The notes under the pieces are model-generated. The model was not told the origin of the DNA, ran no database searches, and was given only the letters and a program-made list of their open reading frames with translations. A DNA stretch of 64,000 nt from Candidatus Bathyarchaeota archaeon (GTDB lineage: Archaea; Thermoproteota; Bathyarchaeia; Bathyarchaeales; Bathycorpusculaceae), in the NCBI GenBank assembly GCA_963702095.1, contig OY969706.1, positions 416,001 to 480,000 on the forward strand, given 5' to 3'. Positions 9,237 through 19,498 of the stretch are shown one piece after another. The translations under genes and the position numbers were made by a program. Every line of letters begins with the position of its first letter. Position 1 is the first letter of the stretch.

Positions 9237-11663
9237 TTGGTTGATAAATTACCAGTAGAAAAATTACGGAATACCTGTGACACTAACATTCTTCATTGTA
9301 CAACCACTAAAGAGTTAACCCCCCTTACAGAAATTATTGGGCAAGATCGCGCGGTCCGAGCCCTCAAATTTGGGTTAGGCATAAAAAACCATGGTTTCAA
9401 CGTGTACGTCGCCGGCTACCCTGGGACCGGTCGCAAAACGGCGGTGAAGAGTTTTGTGGAAGCCCAAGCCAAAATCCAGCCTGTTCCCTCGGATTGGTGC
9501 TACGTCAACAACTTCAGCAACCCCTATGAACCCACCGCTATCCAGTTGGCATCAGGCAGAGGCAAAGAGTTCCGCGATGACATGAAAAACTTTATTGAAA
9601 ACGTCAAAAACACCTTGCCTAAAACGTTTGAAAGCGAAGACTACGTGGCTCGACGCGAAGCTACCCTGCGGGGACTGGAGAGTCAACGCAAAAGCCTAAT
9701 CGACGAACTCAACGCGAAAGCTCAGCAAGAGGGCTTCGTAATTCAAACCACCCCGGTTGGGTTACTTCTTATCCCCGTTTTAGATGGCAAACCGCTAAGC
9801 GAAGAAGAAATGCTTGCGCTTCCCCAAAAAATCAAAGACAAACTAGCTGAGAAACGTGAAAAACTTGAAGTTGAATTCCGCAACGCCATGCGGCAGCTCA
9901 TCAATATGGAACAGCAAATCCATGATACCTTAAAAAAACTCAACAAGGACGTGGCGCTCTACGCCATCGGCACCCAAATCCAGAGTTTAATGGAGAAGTA
10001 CCGCACCAACCTCGAAGTCACCGCTTACCTAAAAGCCGTGGAAAACGATATCCTCGACAACCTCCAGCGTTTCGCCCGTCGAGACGGCCCGCAGCAGGAG
10101 CAGCAGATGCCCTTTGCTTTGCCTTGGATGCGCGGTGAGGAACCCTACAAAAAATATGAGATAAACGTAGTCATAGATAACTCGGAGACCAAAGGTGCGC
10201 CGGTCGTGGTGGAAACCAACCCCACTTACCCTAACCTGCTGGGTAAAACCGAGAAGGAAGCCCAGTTCGGCGCGTTAACCACGGATTTCAGCATGATTCG
10301 GGGCGGCAGCATCCACAAAGCCAACGGCGGATACCTCATCATCCCCGTCGAAGACCTCTTGCGCAACCCCCTCTCCTACGACGGTTTAAAACGCGACATC
10401 AAAGAAGGCAAAATGTCCATTGAAGAACCCGAAGAACGCTACGGCTTCTTAAGCATAAAAACACTCAAACCCAAACCCATACCATTAACAGCCAAAGTCA
10501 TCTTAATCGGCGACCCCAACCTCTACCAAATGATGTTTAGCCTAGACCCCGACTTCCGTGAACTCTTCAAAATCAAAGCTGAATTCGACACCACTATGCC
10601 ACGCAACGACGAAAAAATCCAGTTGTACGCCGCGTTTGTCTGTAGCCTCTGCGAACACGAGGGGCTTAGGCACCTTGACAGCGGCGGCTTAGCTAAACTC
10701 ATCGAGTACAGTTCACGCATAATTGAAGACCAATACAAGCTTTCCACGCAATTCAGCGCCATAGCCGACATCATCCGCGAAGCCAACTACTACGCAGAAC
10801 AGGACAACGCTGAATTCATCACTGCCGTCCACATCAATAAAGCCATTGAAGAGCGAATCTACCGCAGCAAACTCATCCAAGAAAAAATCCAGGAAATGAT
10901 CGCCCGCGGCTTCTTTCTCATTGACACCAAAGAGGCGAAAGTGGGACAAGTCAACGGATTATCGGTCATGGGACTCGGCGACTTCGCGTTTGGCACGCCG
11001 TCACGCGTCACAGCCAGCATCGGGTTGGGCCGTGAAGGCGTCATCGACATTGAACGCGAAGCCAAAATGGGCGGACCCATCCACACCAAAGGCGTCCTCA
11101 TCCTAAGCGGCTACATCAACGACAAATACGCCCGCGACAAGCCACTAAGCCTCAGCGCACGACTCGTATTCGAACAGAGCTACGAGGGCGTGGAAGGCGA
11201 CAGCGCGTCGAGCACTGAACTCTACAGTATCCTCTCTGCACTCGGCGGACTCCCCGTAAGGCAGAACATCGCCGTAACAGGCTCCGTCAACCAGAAGGGT
11301 GAAGTGCAAGCCATCGGCGGCGTCAACGAAAAAATCGAGGGCTTCTACGAAGTTGCCAAAGCCAAAGGCTTAACGGGTGAACAGGGCGTCATGATTCCAG
11401 AAAGCAACGTCCAGAACCTGATGCTCAAAGAAGAAGTGCTCGACGCGGTGAGGGCGGGCAAATTCAGCATTTACTCGGTTAAAAACATCGACGAAGGCAT
11501 CGAAGTCTTAACAGGCGCCAAAGCTGGGCAGCGACGGGCAGACGGCTCATTCGAAGAGGGTACGGTTAACTATCTTGTTGATAAGCAGTTGCGGGATATG
11601 GCGGAGAAACTAAAAGAGTATCCCTCTGTTGAGTTTAAACCGAGAAAGCTAGAGGAACAATAG
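9237..11663 (+). CDS. Lon-family protease, soluble LonC-like
   Basis: GQDRA, degenerate Walker A GYPGTGRKT, coiled-coil insertion, GDSASSTEL catalytic Ser and EKIEG Lys; no TM segment. Confidence 0.9.
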   Translation: MVDKLPVEKLRNTCDTNILHCTTTKELTPLTEIIGQDRAVRALKFGLGIKNHGFNVYVAGYPGTGRKTAVKSFVEAQAKIQPVPSDWCYVNNFSNPYEPTAIQLASGRGKEFRDDMKNFIENVKNTLPKTFESEDYVARREATLRGLESQRKSLIDELNAKAQQEGFVIQTTPVGLLLIPVLDGKPLSEEEMLALPQKIKDKLAEKREKLEVEFRNAMRQLINMEQQIHDTLKKLNKDVALYAIGTQIQSLMEKYRTNLEVTAYLKAVENDILDNLQRFARRDGPQQEQQMPFALPWMRGEEPYKKYEINVVIDNSETKGAPVVVETNPTYPNLLGKTEKEAQFGALTTDFSMIRGGSIHKANGGYLIIPVEDLLRNPLSYDGLKRDIKEGKMSIEEPEERYGFLSIKTLKPKPIPLTAKVILIGDPNLYQMMFSLDPDFRELFKIKAEFDTTMPRNDEKIQLYAAFVCSLCEHEGLRHLDSGGLAKLIEYSSRIIEDQYKLSTQFSAIADIIREANYYAEQDNAEFITAVHINKAIEERIYRSKLIQEKIQEMIARGFFLIDTKEAKVGQVNGLSVMGLGDFAFGTPSRVTASIGLGREGVIDIEREAKMGGPIHTKGVLILSGYINDKYARDKPLSLSARLVFEQSYEGVEGDSASSTELYSILSALGGLPVRQNIAVTGSVNQKGEVQAIGGVNEKIEGFYEVAKAKGLTGEQGVMIPESNVQNLMLKEEVLDAVRAGKFSIYSVKNIDEGIEVLTGAKAGQRRADGSFEEGTVNYLVDKQLRDMAEKLKEYPSVEFKPRKLEEQ

Positions 11664-11792
11664 TCTTTTGCCCTTTTTTTGTTGGCTGCTTTGGCAGTGC
11701 CAAGTCGGCGGCTCCACAGAAAAGCAGCTTTTTCCATGCCAACAAACCTATTAGTGGCGGACAATTGGTATATTATAGGTGGTTTTTTAGAA

Positions 11793-12377
11793 TTGCAAGC
11801 TATCGGAATAGTGTTGTTGATCCTTAGTGTCGGTTTAATTGTGGCACCGGTCGGCGTCATGGCATGTGTGCACCGCAACGATTTATCGGGGCTGGTTTAT
11901 CCCAACCAAGTCCGGGGCTTACTGCATGGAGACACAAGCTTCATCCTAAACCAGAACAGCAGAAACAACCCAAACTCTATCCTATACAACCTGGTCGCGC
12001 CCAACTTTGTAGATGCAACCGTTAACGAAACCTCCAAAGCCTTCGTTGTAAAAATCAACGTAACAAACCCCCTCACCTTTGCCCTAACATTGAAAACTTT
12101 TAGCACTCAGGTGCAGACTCCCAACGGCCAAGAAATGGCATCCATAACCATACATAAACCGGTCACACTCTGCCCGGACCGAAGCACCATCATCCAAGTT
12201 GACGGCGCATGGACGCAAACCGGAGAATGCTACCTCTACGCTCACAAAGCGGATTCATCCATAACCATCTGCATCGCCAACATAGTTGTAGACGTCAACG
12301 GCTTAAAAGTGGAAAGAGACACACCGCTCCCCATTACAATCCCCATATCGTTTGCAGAAGTCGCTTTCACTGATTAA
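11793..12377 (+). CDS. Membrane-anchored hypothetical protein (LEA_2-like beta-sandwich possible)
   Basis: N-terminal TM, VTNP motif; start codon uncertain. Confidence 0.6.
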   Translation: MQAIGIVLLILSVGLIVAPVGVMACVHRNDLSGLVYPNQVRGLLHGDTSFILNQNSRNNPNSILYNLVAPNFVDATVNETSKAFVVKINVTNPLTFALTLKTFSTQVQTPNGQEMASITIHKPVTLCPDRSTIIQVDGAWTQTGECYLYAHKADSSITICIANIVVDVNGLKVERDTPLPITIPISFAEVAFTD

Positions 12378-12389
12378 ACTGATTTAAAC

Positions 12390-12986
12390 ATGGCTAAACA
12401 ACTCAACTACATTGCACTATTTGCAGGTATCCTATCTCTGATACTGATTGCCGTCTCAATGTACGTTCCCTGGTGGGTATTCACCGTAGGCGACCCAGCA
12501 ATCGCCACAGTCAACTTTTCACCGGTCAACTTCAACTTCTCCCTTTTTGACACCTTGCTTGTTGTGCCCCTGATTTGGGCTCTTAACCTCGCATGCCTAC
12601 TTATATTGCTCGCAGGCGGCATCGCCATGCTTATCTACTCGGCGTTTCCCACCAAAACCTACGCTAAACCCCTGCTTGGATTTGGATACAGAAAACCCCT
12701 CTACGCAGTCATCCTCTTCATAGCTGAACTCGTTGTCCTCTACTCCGCTGCCACAGTGTTGACGGGCGTTGGGTTCCCACTTGCGGGTTCAGGCGCAATG
12801 CAGTTGCCCGCTCAACTAGCACCCGGCGACATAACCGTCAGCGTAAACGTTTCCGCTGCGTTTGGCTGGACCTTCTACTTTGCCATCGCTGTGGCGGCGC
12901 TCTGTATCGTAGCAAGATTTTACCACAAGAAAGTGGTGTCGCAATCGGCTAGGACTGGTTTGGCTGCTAAGAACTTGGGTATGTAA
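12390..12986 (+). CDS. Four-TM hypothetical membrane protein
   Basis: Hydrophobic ORF with PWW motif. Confidence 0.75.
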   Translation: MAKQLNYIALFAGILSLILIAVSMYVPWWVFTVGDPAIATVNFSPVNFNFSLFDTLLVVPLIWALNLACLLILLAGGIAMLIYSAFPTKTYAKPLLGFGYRKPLYAVILFIAELVVLYSAATVLTGVGFPLAGSGAMQLPAQLAPGDITVSVNVSAAFGWTFYFAIAVAALCIVARFYHKKVVSQSARTGLAAKNLGM

Positions 12987-13043
12987 CCAAGTTTCGTGTT
13001 TCTTTATATGCTTTTTAAGGGATACTGTGCTATCGATGTCACG

Positions 13044-13673
13044 ATGTCAACAAAAACCGCACAGAAACTCCAACATGAACTCCGCAGCCTCCAAGGCCTC
13101 GCAATAATCAACTTGATGTGCAGCGCATTAGCGTTTGCCTTCGGTGCGTACTTCTTGATGCCCAACCTCATCCAAGCAGCAACAACCCTTACTATTCCGC
13201 CAATCGAACAGATAGGGTTGATGGTGCTGGGTGGTTTAGCTTTCGGGGTTGCCTTCAAATGGTTGCTGTCTACCATACCGATTATGGAGGTTGCCTTCGA
13301 CCTTAGCAACAGCCTAAAAAAACAGGAAAAAGACAAAGCCTTAGACGACACCGCATTAACAGGCTTAATCGTCGGGTTAACTGCTGCCTACCGAGAAAAC
13401 AAACCCACCCTCAAACTGATGGCTACAATCAGCAAAGTAGCCGGCGTCCTCTTCGCACTGGCAGCGACCGCATCCCTAATCTCCATAGCCATAGGCGCAT
13501 CTGACACAGCACTCTGGATGGGACTCGTAAATGCCGCCATCAACTACGCAGTAGCAGCCGCATGCTACATCATCCCCCACTTCTTCAAAAACTACTCCTC
13601 AGTTTGGGACCAGCGACTATTGCAGACCGCAAAAGCAGAAGCAGAACTCCAAAAAGCCCTAGGAGACGCCTAA
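13044..13673 (+). CDS. Hypothetical membrane protein
   Basis: Four hydrophobic helices; abuts the next gene. Confidence 0.72.
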   Translation: MSTKTAQKLQHELRSLQGLAIINLMCSALAFAFGAYFLMPNLIQAATTLTIPPIEQIGLMVLGGLAFGVAFKWLLSTIPIMEVAFDLSNSLKKQEKDKALDDTALTGLIVGLTAAYRENKPTLKLMATISKVAGVLFALAATASLISIAIGASDTALWMGLVNAAINYAVAAACYIIPHFFKNYSSVWDQRLLQTAKAEAELQKALGDA

Positions 13674-13943
13674 ATGAAGCGCACCCACTACGAAATCTTC
13701 TGGGAAATCCTAACCTTCTGCCGAACCCCGCGGTCTTTCACCAGCATAATCAACCGCTGCAACCTCAACTCCAAAATCGGGCAAACCCACCTGGACTTCC
13801 TCAAACAGAGGCATTTTCTGGCGGAAGTCGAAAAAGACGGAATGAAACTGCTCAAGTCAACTGAGCAAGCAGGCGAATACATTGCCCTGTTCAACAAAAC
13901 GTACCGCCAACTCTTCGACGACACCCCAGAATTTCGGCTATAA
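13674..13943 (+). CDS. Archaeal winged-helix DNA-binding protein (HTH_45-like)
   Basis: KRT.YEI..EIL...T.I...CNLN pattern. Confidence 0.8.
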   Translation: MKRTHYEIFWEILTFCRTPRSFTSIINRCNLNSKIGQTHLDFLKQRHFLAEVEKDGMKLLKSTEQAGEYIALFNKTYRQLFDDTPEFRL

Positions 13944-13949
13944 GCATGA

Positions 13950-14290
13950 TGCTCAACAACCTGAAATCCTAATCACTGATGGGCTTCCAAGTTAATCAGG
14001 AGCATGTGAACAAGCATTACCTGATACTGATAACATCCGTAAAATCACCTTTTAGACGGAAAGTACACAACAATAACAAGATGGAACGGCTAAACGGAAC
14101 TATCAGAGATAGAGAAAAGACTATGCGAGGACTCAAAAAGAAACGTACAGTCATACTGCAAGGCTACCAACTCTATCATAACTATATTCGTCCGCATGAA
14201 GCATTAGATGGGAAAACTCCCGCCGACCTATGTGGAATCGACAACAAGGAAAAAACAAATGGATTACATTGATTCAGAACGATAGTAGAA
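13950..14290 (+). mobile_element. Degraded IS6-like DDE transposase remnant
   Basis: QPEILITDGLPS* at about 13957, then NNKMERLNGTIRDR...YHNYIRPHEALDGKTPA in another frame; AT-rich. Confidence 0.8.
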
Positions 14291-14324
14291 AATCTTAAAT
14301 TTTCTACGCTTCAAATTAAGTATT

Positions 14325-14802
14325 ATGTCAACAGAACGCCAAATTGCCATTATCAGAGATGTTGTTGTTTCAAGAGATTCTCAAAACAGGTTTGACTTGT
14401 TTTTTACAGATAGGCGTATTGCCATAATTTATGTAGGCGGTAAGGGCGAAAGATTCTATGGCACTGGTGGTTTAATTGGTAGCTTAGTGGGAGAGGGAAT
14501 AACTACCCTGAACAAAAAAATTGCGAACGATAACCTTAAGGAAACCGGAAGATAATATGGAAAATTTTTCGCTAGATGAATTATTAGCAATGGAAAAAAG
14601 AAACTGTTTCTACACTTATGATGAAATCGAGGAAATAAAGCTCTATGCGATGAAGCGAGGGTTCTTTAAATTTATAATACTGAGCGAAGAATGTGAAGGC
14701 GAGTTTTCGCCAAATCAAGAGAAATATACACAATTATGTGGTTTATTACCCAGTATAGAAGCTTTAAAAGGAAAAATAAATGACATACCTGTGAAGTGGT
14801 AA
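14325..14802 (+). pseudogene. AT-rich hypothetical gene split by a frameshift (14325-14555 / 14521-14802)
   Basis: Two overlapping same-strand ORFs that read as one protein; real lesion or assembly indel. Confidence 0.55.
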
Positions 14803-14835
14803 CCGACTTTTTACATGGAGAAGATTTTACCGAAG

Positions 14836-14848
14836 ACTTGACAGAACC
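14836..14848 (-). mobile_element. Putative IS6-family terminal inverted repeat (right end)
   Basis: Reverse complement is GGTTCTGTCAAGT; IS6 ends begin GGTTCTGT/GGCACTGT. Confidence 0.5.
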
Positions 14849-14972
14849 CTTTATCCAATTATATAACTGGGGGTTCGAGACTCAGAGGTCTAAAGTATGG
14901 GGGTTAGTTGTTTAAATTAGGTATTTGAATAGGGATTTTCTAAAAATTTCAGTTAATGGTTGGGCAACTGGG

Positions 14973-15176
14973 TTATTGTTTTGTTGTTTCGGTTTGGGTT
15001 GTTTTTGTTATTATTATTGTTTGGTCTTTTATTTCGTAGTGTACTTTTTCGTTTTCTTTGAAGGGGAATGTGGCGTCTCTGGATAGTTCGGTTGGGGTGT
15101 AGAAGAAGAATCTGTCGTAGGTTTTTTTGCCGGTTTTTGTTTTTCTGTTGATGGATGTTCCTGTACCGGTTTTCAT
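14973..15176 (-). CDS. Small AbrB/SpoVT-like DNA-binding protein
   Basis: Y.RFFFYTP.EL..D..FPFK..E.V swapped-hairpin pattern. Confidence 0.6.
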   Translation of the reverse strand: MKTGTGTSINRKTKTGKKTYDRFFFYTPTELSRDATFPFKENEKVHYEIKDQTIIITKTTQTETTKQ

Positions 15177-15296
15177 TTTTGGTCCTTATTTGGGTACATA
15201 ATGTTTGTTCACAAATGACCTTTTCCAGTTCATAAATTATGTACAAAAATTAGTAGTAAACACTTATTAGCACACACAACCTAATAAACACAAAAT

Positions 15297-16154
15297 ATGA
15301 AGAGCCTAACCACCCAAAACCAGCACAACCAAACGAGCTTAAACAAAATCAATAATTCGCCACACAGCTTAGCTAAAAATTTTGAGGGAGCTCAGATTCT
15401 GATGGGCTTGGGTCTGACTGAGCGACAGGCACGTGTGTACTTAACGCTGCTCCGAACTGCCACCGCAAAGGCGCGAACGGTTGCAATATACGCAGGCGTC
15501 CCCCGTCAAGAAGCGTATGGTTTGCTTTTAGAGCTACAACAGAGGGGGATAGTTCACAAAAACTTGACGGATCCTGTGTTAGCTATGGTGCGGTGCCGTT
15601 TGCTGAAGCTGTAAAGATGTTGTTTGCGGTAAAGGCTAGCGAGTTAACGTTGATTTCTCAGAAGGCAAAATATGTGACGGAAAAATTCAGCCATAACCCG
15701 CCAGCCCTTGCGGTGGTGGAGTCGCCTCTGCCCTGTTTTGGTACAGTCAGCGAGGGGGAGAGGGGCAAAAAGTATGCTGCTGCTTTGGTGGGGGTGGAGG
15801 GTTGTGTTGAGTTGGTTTGTAGTTGGGGGCGTTTTAGGCAGTTGTGTTTTTATTTTGAGGCTGAATTGAAGGCGGCGCTTGGGAGGGGTGTGCGGGTGCG
15901 TGTGGTTGTTGAGAAGCCGCCTAGGTATTCTTATCCGAAATGGATCAGCGCACATAATAATCCCGCTTTTGAGGTGCGAACCATGCCCAATCTGCCTGCG
16001 GCTGTCATCGCAGTTTTTGATGGCACAGAGGTGGCGGTTGCGTTTGATGGGGGCTGTCCGTTTGGCAAGTGGACCTGATTTGTGGAGTCGGCATGTGGGT
16101 TTGGTTGCGGTGTGTCGGGGCTATTTTGATGGGCTTTGGGCTGTTTTGGGGTGA
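15297..16154 (+). pseudogene. TrmB-family transcriptional regulator, two frameshifts
   Basis: LGLTERQARVYLTLL HTH; continues in ORF 15593-16078 and ends ...LWSRHVGLVAVCRGYFDGLW. Confidence 0.75.
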
Positions 16155-16264
16155 GGGGTTTTGTTGGTTGTATTGTGCTTTTTTGTTGTGTTTTTGTTTG
16201 TGGGGATTCTTTTTTGGGGCGGGGTTGGTTGGGTGTGAGAGGTGGCTTAGGTTGTCGGAGGGCT

Positions 16265-16437
16265 ATGCTAGTGCCCGCTTGCATTGCGCTGTTCATTGCT
16301 GGTCACTTGTGGAAGAAATCGCACTTTCCACACCGAAACAGGCAGTGAAAAACGTTGCAATCCCAAAATACAACTGCGTTCTCAACCAGTCTTGTGGTGC
16401 CCCGTAAAACGCCACACCCACACAAAAAGAGAGAAGC
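16265..16437 (+). repeat. Dispersed intergenic repeat family A, copy 1 (internally deleted)
   Basis: ATGCTAGTGCCCGCT..CATTGCGCT.TTCATTGC, CCACACCGAAACAG and GTCTTGTGG..CCC..AAA.CGCCAC.CCCACA shared with the 55484 copy. Confidence 0.85.
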
Positions 16438-16497
16438 AGTTGTGATGCATAAAGCAGAATAATGGGCAATCCACTCTTTCTTCTGAGTTAACCGAAC

Positions 16498-17026
16498 ATG
16501 ATTAATGACTTTAACCTCTTAGCTACGACTGCCCGTGGCAACGAACGCGCCATGACCAACGAAATCGTTTTTCTCCTAAAAGACCAACTCGGCGATGTAG
16601 AGGCGAAGGCGAGTAAAACCAAAGTTCGCGGTTTAATCGTCGCCAAAACCAGCCTCGACCCCATCGTAGTCATGGAAAAATTCCGAAGCATCCTAACCGA
16701 GCAACCCTACGAGTTCCGCTATGCACTGCGCATCGTGCCGATTGAGCGGGTGGTGACGACGGATTTGGAGGAAATCAAGAAAGCCACCGCGGAGTTGCGC
16801 AGCAAAAATCGGTGAAGACCAATCGTTCCGCATCACCGTGGAGAAGCGCTTCACAGAGCTCCATTCAAAAGACATCATTGAGGCGGCGGTGGGCGACATT
16901 AAACGCAAAGTTGACCTCCATAACCCTGATTGGATTGTGCAAATCGAGGTTTTAGGGGCTTTGACTGGGGTTTCGCTGCTTAAGCCCAACGATGTTTTGG
17001 CTGTTGTTAAGGAGAAGATGCTTTAG
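16498..17026 (+). CDS. THUMP-domain RNA-binding protein (apparent frameshift near 16805)
   Basis: FNLLATT.RG.E, SFRITVEKR, VDL.NPD..V.IEV; frame break at an A-run, probably a sequence error. Confidence 0.85.
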
Positions 17027-17027
17027 C

Positions 17028-17591
17028 TTATTGTTGGGTCGATAGTAGGGCGATGTGTTCGACGACGAGGTCTACGATTGCCCTCTCGGTGTTGCCCCTG
17101 TTTTGTGTTGCCAATTCGGTGTCGGTGATTTGGAAGGCAACGCGGATTTTTGCCACTTTATCCGCTGTCAATTGCAGCACAGACTCGTCGGGCGCACACC
17201 CCAAATGCTCTGACAGGACGCTGAGTTGGGCTCCTATCTGCTTCTGGTCTTCGCCCACAATGAGAACGGCCATGTTTTGAGTCTGCAGTTTTATGCCAAT
17301 ATGCTCGATGGCTCTTTGGATTTGCCTTTGCGCCGAGGCGTAGAGCATGGTTTCTACGGCTACGCTTTTGGAACGGTTGGTTTTACCCTTGAAGGCTTGC
17401 AGTGCGTTTAGGGCGGCGAAGTAGAGGTGCTCAGGCATGGCGATTAGGTCTGCGTCGAAGAATTGGATGCCGACGCCGTTTTGGGGTTGCCTCCGGGTTG
17501 CCTTCAAAAACTCTTCAGCTCCCGCGAAGCGGATGCTTCGGTACCCTGTGATTTCAACCATTTTTTCGAACTCTTCGAGTTGGTGCAGCAT
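17028..17591 (-). CDS. cgi121: KEOPS complex subunit Cgi121
   Basis: QFFDADLIA..EHLYFA, ETMLYASAQRQI.RAI..IG. Confidence 0.9.
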   Translation of the reverse strand: MLHQLEEFEKMVEITGYRSIRFAGAEEFLKATRRQPQNGVGIQFFDADLIAMPEHLYFAALNALQAFKGKTNRSKSVAVETMLYASAQRQIQRAIEHIGIKLQTQNMAVLIVGEDQKQIGAQLSVLSEHLGCAPDESVLQLTADKVAKIRVAFQITDTELATQNRGNTERAIVDLVVEHIALLSTQQ

Positions 17592-17601
17592 TCTTTTTCT
17601 C

Positions 17602-18183
17602 CTATTGCATGTCAGCTAAGAGTCTATCAGCTAGTTGTTTGGGGAGGCCAGCTTTTACGATTTTTGCGATTTCCTGGGTTGCTTGGCGTTTGCCCCATGT
17701 TTGGGTGATTTCTCGGAGGGTTTCTTTGATGTCCCACGGAAAAATAACCCAATTTGAAGTTTGTTTTGTGTAATAGTCGGGTTTGAGGGTGCTTTGGGGT
17801 TTATGGTAGAGGGTGGCGATTCTAATTTCGGCGGCGCCCTTGGCTTTTAAGGTGGACTGGGCGAGTTTTAGGCTCTCCCCGGTGTCGGCGATGTCATCGA
17901 CCAGTAGCACCCGTTTGCCCTCCACGGAGCTACTTAGGGCTTGCTCTATAGTGGCCGCGGTTTTGGTCTGGGCTACGCCGATGTAATACTGGATTTGCAG
18001 CGTCGCCAACACATCCACCTCAAGCAGATCCGCCAAGACACGGGCAGGCACCAAGCCGCCGCGGGCAACCGCAACCACCACGTCGACGCTAAACGCTGCG
18101 CTGCGGATTTTCTCTGCCAAAGACAACAGCAACTCGTAGATTTGGCTCCAAGTTGGAACTTCATACTCGACGGTGCCAGCCAA
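17602..18183 (-). CDS. Purine phosphoribosyltransferase (type I PRTase)
   Basis: VARGGLVPAR, VLLVDDIADTGESL PRPP loop, WVIFPWD. Confidence 0.92.
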   Translation of the reverse strand: MAGTVEYEVPTWSQIYELLLSLAEKIRSAAFSVDVVVAVARGGLVPARVLADLLEVDVLATLQIQYYIGVAQTKTAATIEQALSSSVEGKRVLLVDDIADTGESLKLAQSTLKAKGAAEIRIATLYHKPQSTLKPDYYTKQTSNWVIFPWDIKETLREITQTWGKRQATQEIAKIVKAGLPKQLADRLLADMQ

Positions 18184-18476
18184 AGCGGCTCCTCCGCAGG
18201 GATGGAACCCACAGGCTCAGTTAAGCCTTTCGCCAAAAAACAACCAGCCCCTAATCTCTCAACCAAAACAAACCAGCCAACAAAAATAGACAAAACCGCC
18301 AAAACAACCCCAAAATTGACCGTGCCCAACAACAAATCCCTTGTAGGTTTATAAGTAACCAATACAAATATGCTATATTCGGGAGCTAGGCGACTGGAGA
18401 TATGTTTCGCAATTCGTAATATAGTTTAAAAGCCCAGACGTTAATATTGATACAAAAAAGAAAGGAGACAACAAAA

Positions 18477-18812
18477 ATGGTGAAGAATGTGGATGAAGAG
18501 AAAATAAAGCAGATTCTCACTGACCCCAAACTGGCTTCAATCAAAGCAATGCTGGAAAAAGACCATGCCATCGACTGTTTGCTGCTACTCTATATTGGAC
18601 GCGGCAAATGGAAAGACGCTAAGGACTTTATGCGCGACAACAACTTGACCCTTAGCGATGGCACCTTCAGAGCAAGAATGATTGAAATCGAATCCTTGGG
18701 GCTGGCAAAAAGCGAACGAATTGATCCGCTCAAAAAATATTATTTAAAAACAGATATGGGCAAAAAAATTGCCGATCTACTTCTCGGATTCTTCGATGAG
18801 ATCAGCGAATAA
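18477..18812 (+). CDS. Winged-helix-like hypothetical protein
   Basis: LSDGTFRARMIEIESLGL helix followed by wing YYLKTDMGK. Confidence 0.65.
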   Translation: MVKNVDEEKIKQILTDPKLASIKAMLEKDHAIDCLLLLYIGRGKWKDAKDFMRDNNLTLSDGTFRARMIEIESLGLAKSERIDPLKKYYLKTDMGKKIADLLLGFFDEISE

Positions 18813-18967
18813 AAACCCTGTTTTTATCCTCTGTTTCTGTCTACTTTTGTTTCTTGACTTAAGTGTAGATGTGTTAGACATACATATACTATTGTTTAGT
18901 AAGTCATAATACTTAAAAGCCTGTTTTTCTAAAACTTAGTGTAAATTAAAAAAAGGAGTTAAGAATC

Positions 18968-19399
18968 TTGAATATCGTAAGAAAAGTCAGGAAGAATTCG
19001 AAAGCCCTAAGTCCCGTCGTTGCATCAATTATACTCATCGCCGTCACGGTCGCTGTCAGCGTTGTAGTCGCGGCATGGATGGGTGGAACAACCATTGGGT
19101 TGATGGGGAGTGCTGAGCAGGTGTCGATAACTAACGTTGCGTTTTCACCGGGAACCCCTGATACGATGGATATCATGGTGACCAATTCAGGCGGTAACAC
19201 TGTAACCATTAGTTCAGCCTTTGTCAACGGGGACTCAGTTGCAATCACAAATTCCACGGCAGAGTGCGCGCTTAACAAATCAACTACTAACATCATATGC
19301 TTGACTGGAACCAGTTTCGATGCAGGCACAGCATACACGATAAAGTTGATCACTGCCAAAGGCACCTCAGCAGTCTACACTGCAACATACAACCCATAA
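18968..19399 (+). CDS. Archaeal type IV pilin (class III signal peptide)
   Basis: KA/LSPVVASIILIAVTVAVSVVVAAW PibD/FlaK cleavage motif; VTNSG; C-terminal Y.IKLIT.KG. Confidence 0.88.
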   Translation: MNIVRKVRKNSKALSPVVASIILIAVTVAVSVVVAAWMGGTTIGLMGSAEQVSITNVAFSPGTPDTMDIMVTNSGGNTVTISSAFVNGDSVAITNSTAECALNKSTTNIICLTGTSFDAGTAYTIKLITAKGTSAVYTATYNP

Positions 19400-19429
19400 A
19401 CATCCAAACTTTAACAGAAACTTAGGGTA

Positions 19430-19470
19430 AGGTGAAAGTGTTTTTCACCTAATTTTCCTTTTCTCTCTTA
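19430..19470 (+). terminator. Hairpin plus pyrimidine tract after the pilin gene
   Basis: AGGTGAAA-gtgtt-TTTCACCT followed by ttttccttttctctctt. Confidence 0.55.
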
Positions 19471-19498
19471 AAAATGGTGAGAAGGAGACAAACCAATC

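Noticed and set aside
18968-19399. Archaellum operon
   Set aside because: Single short pilin-like gene with no arlF/G/H/I/J neighbours.
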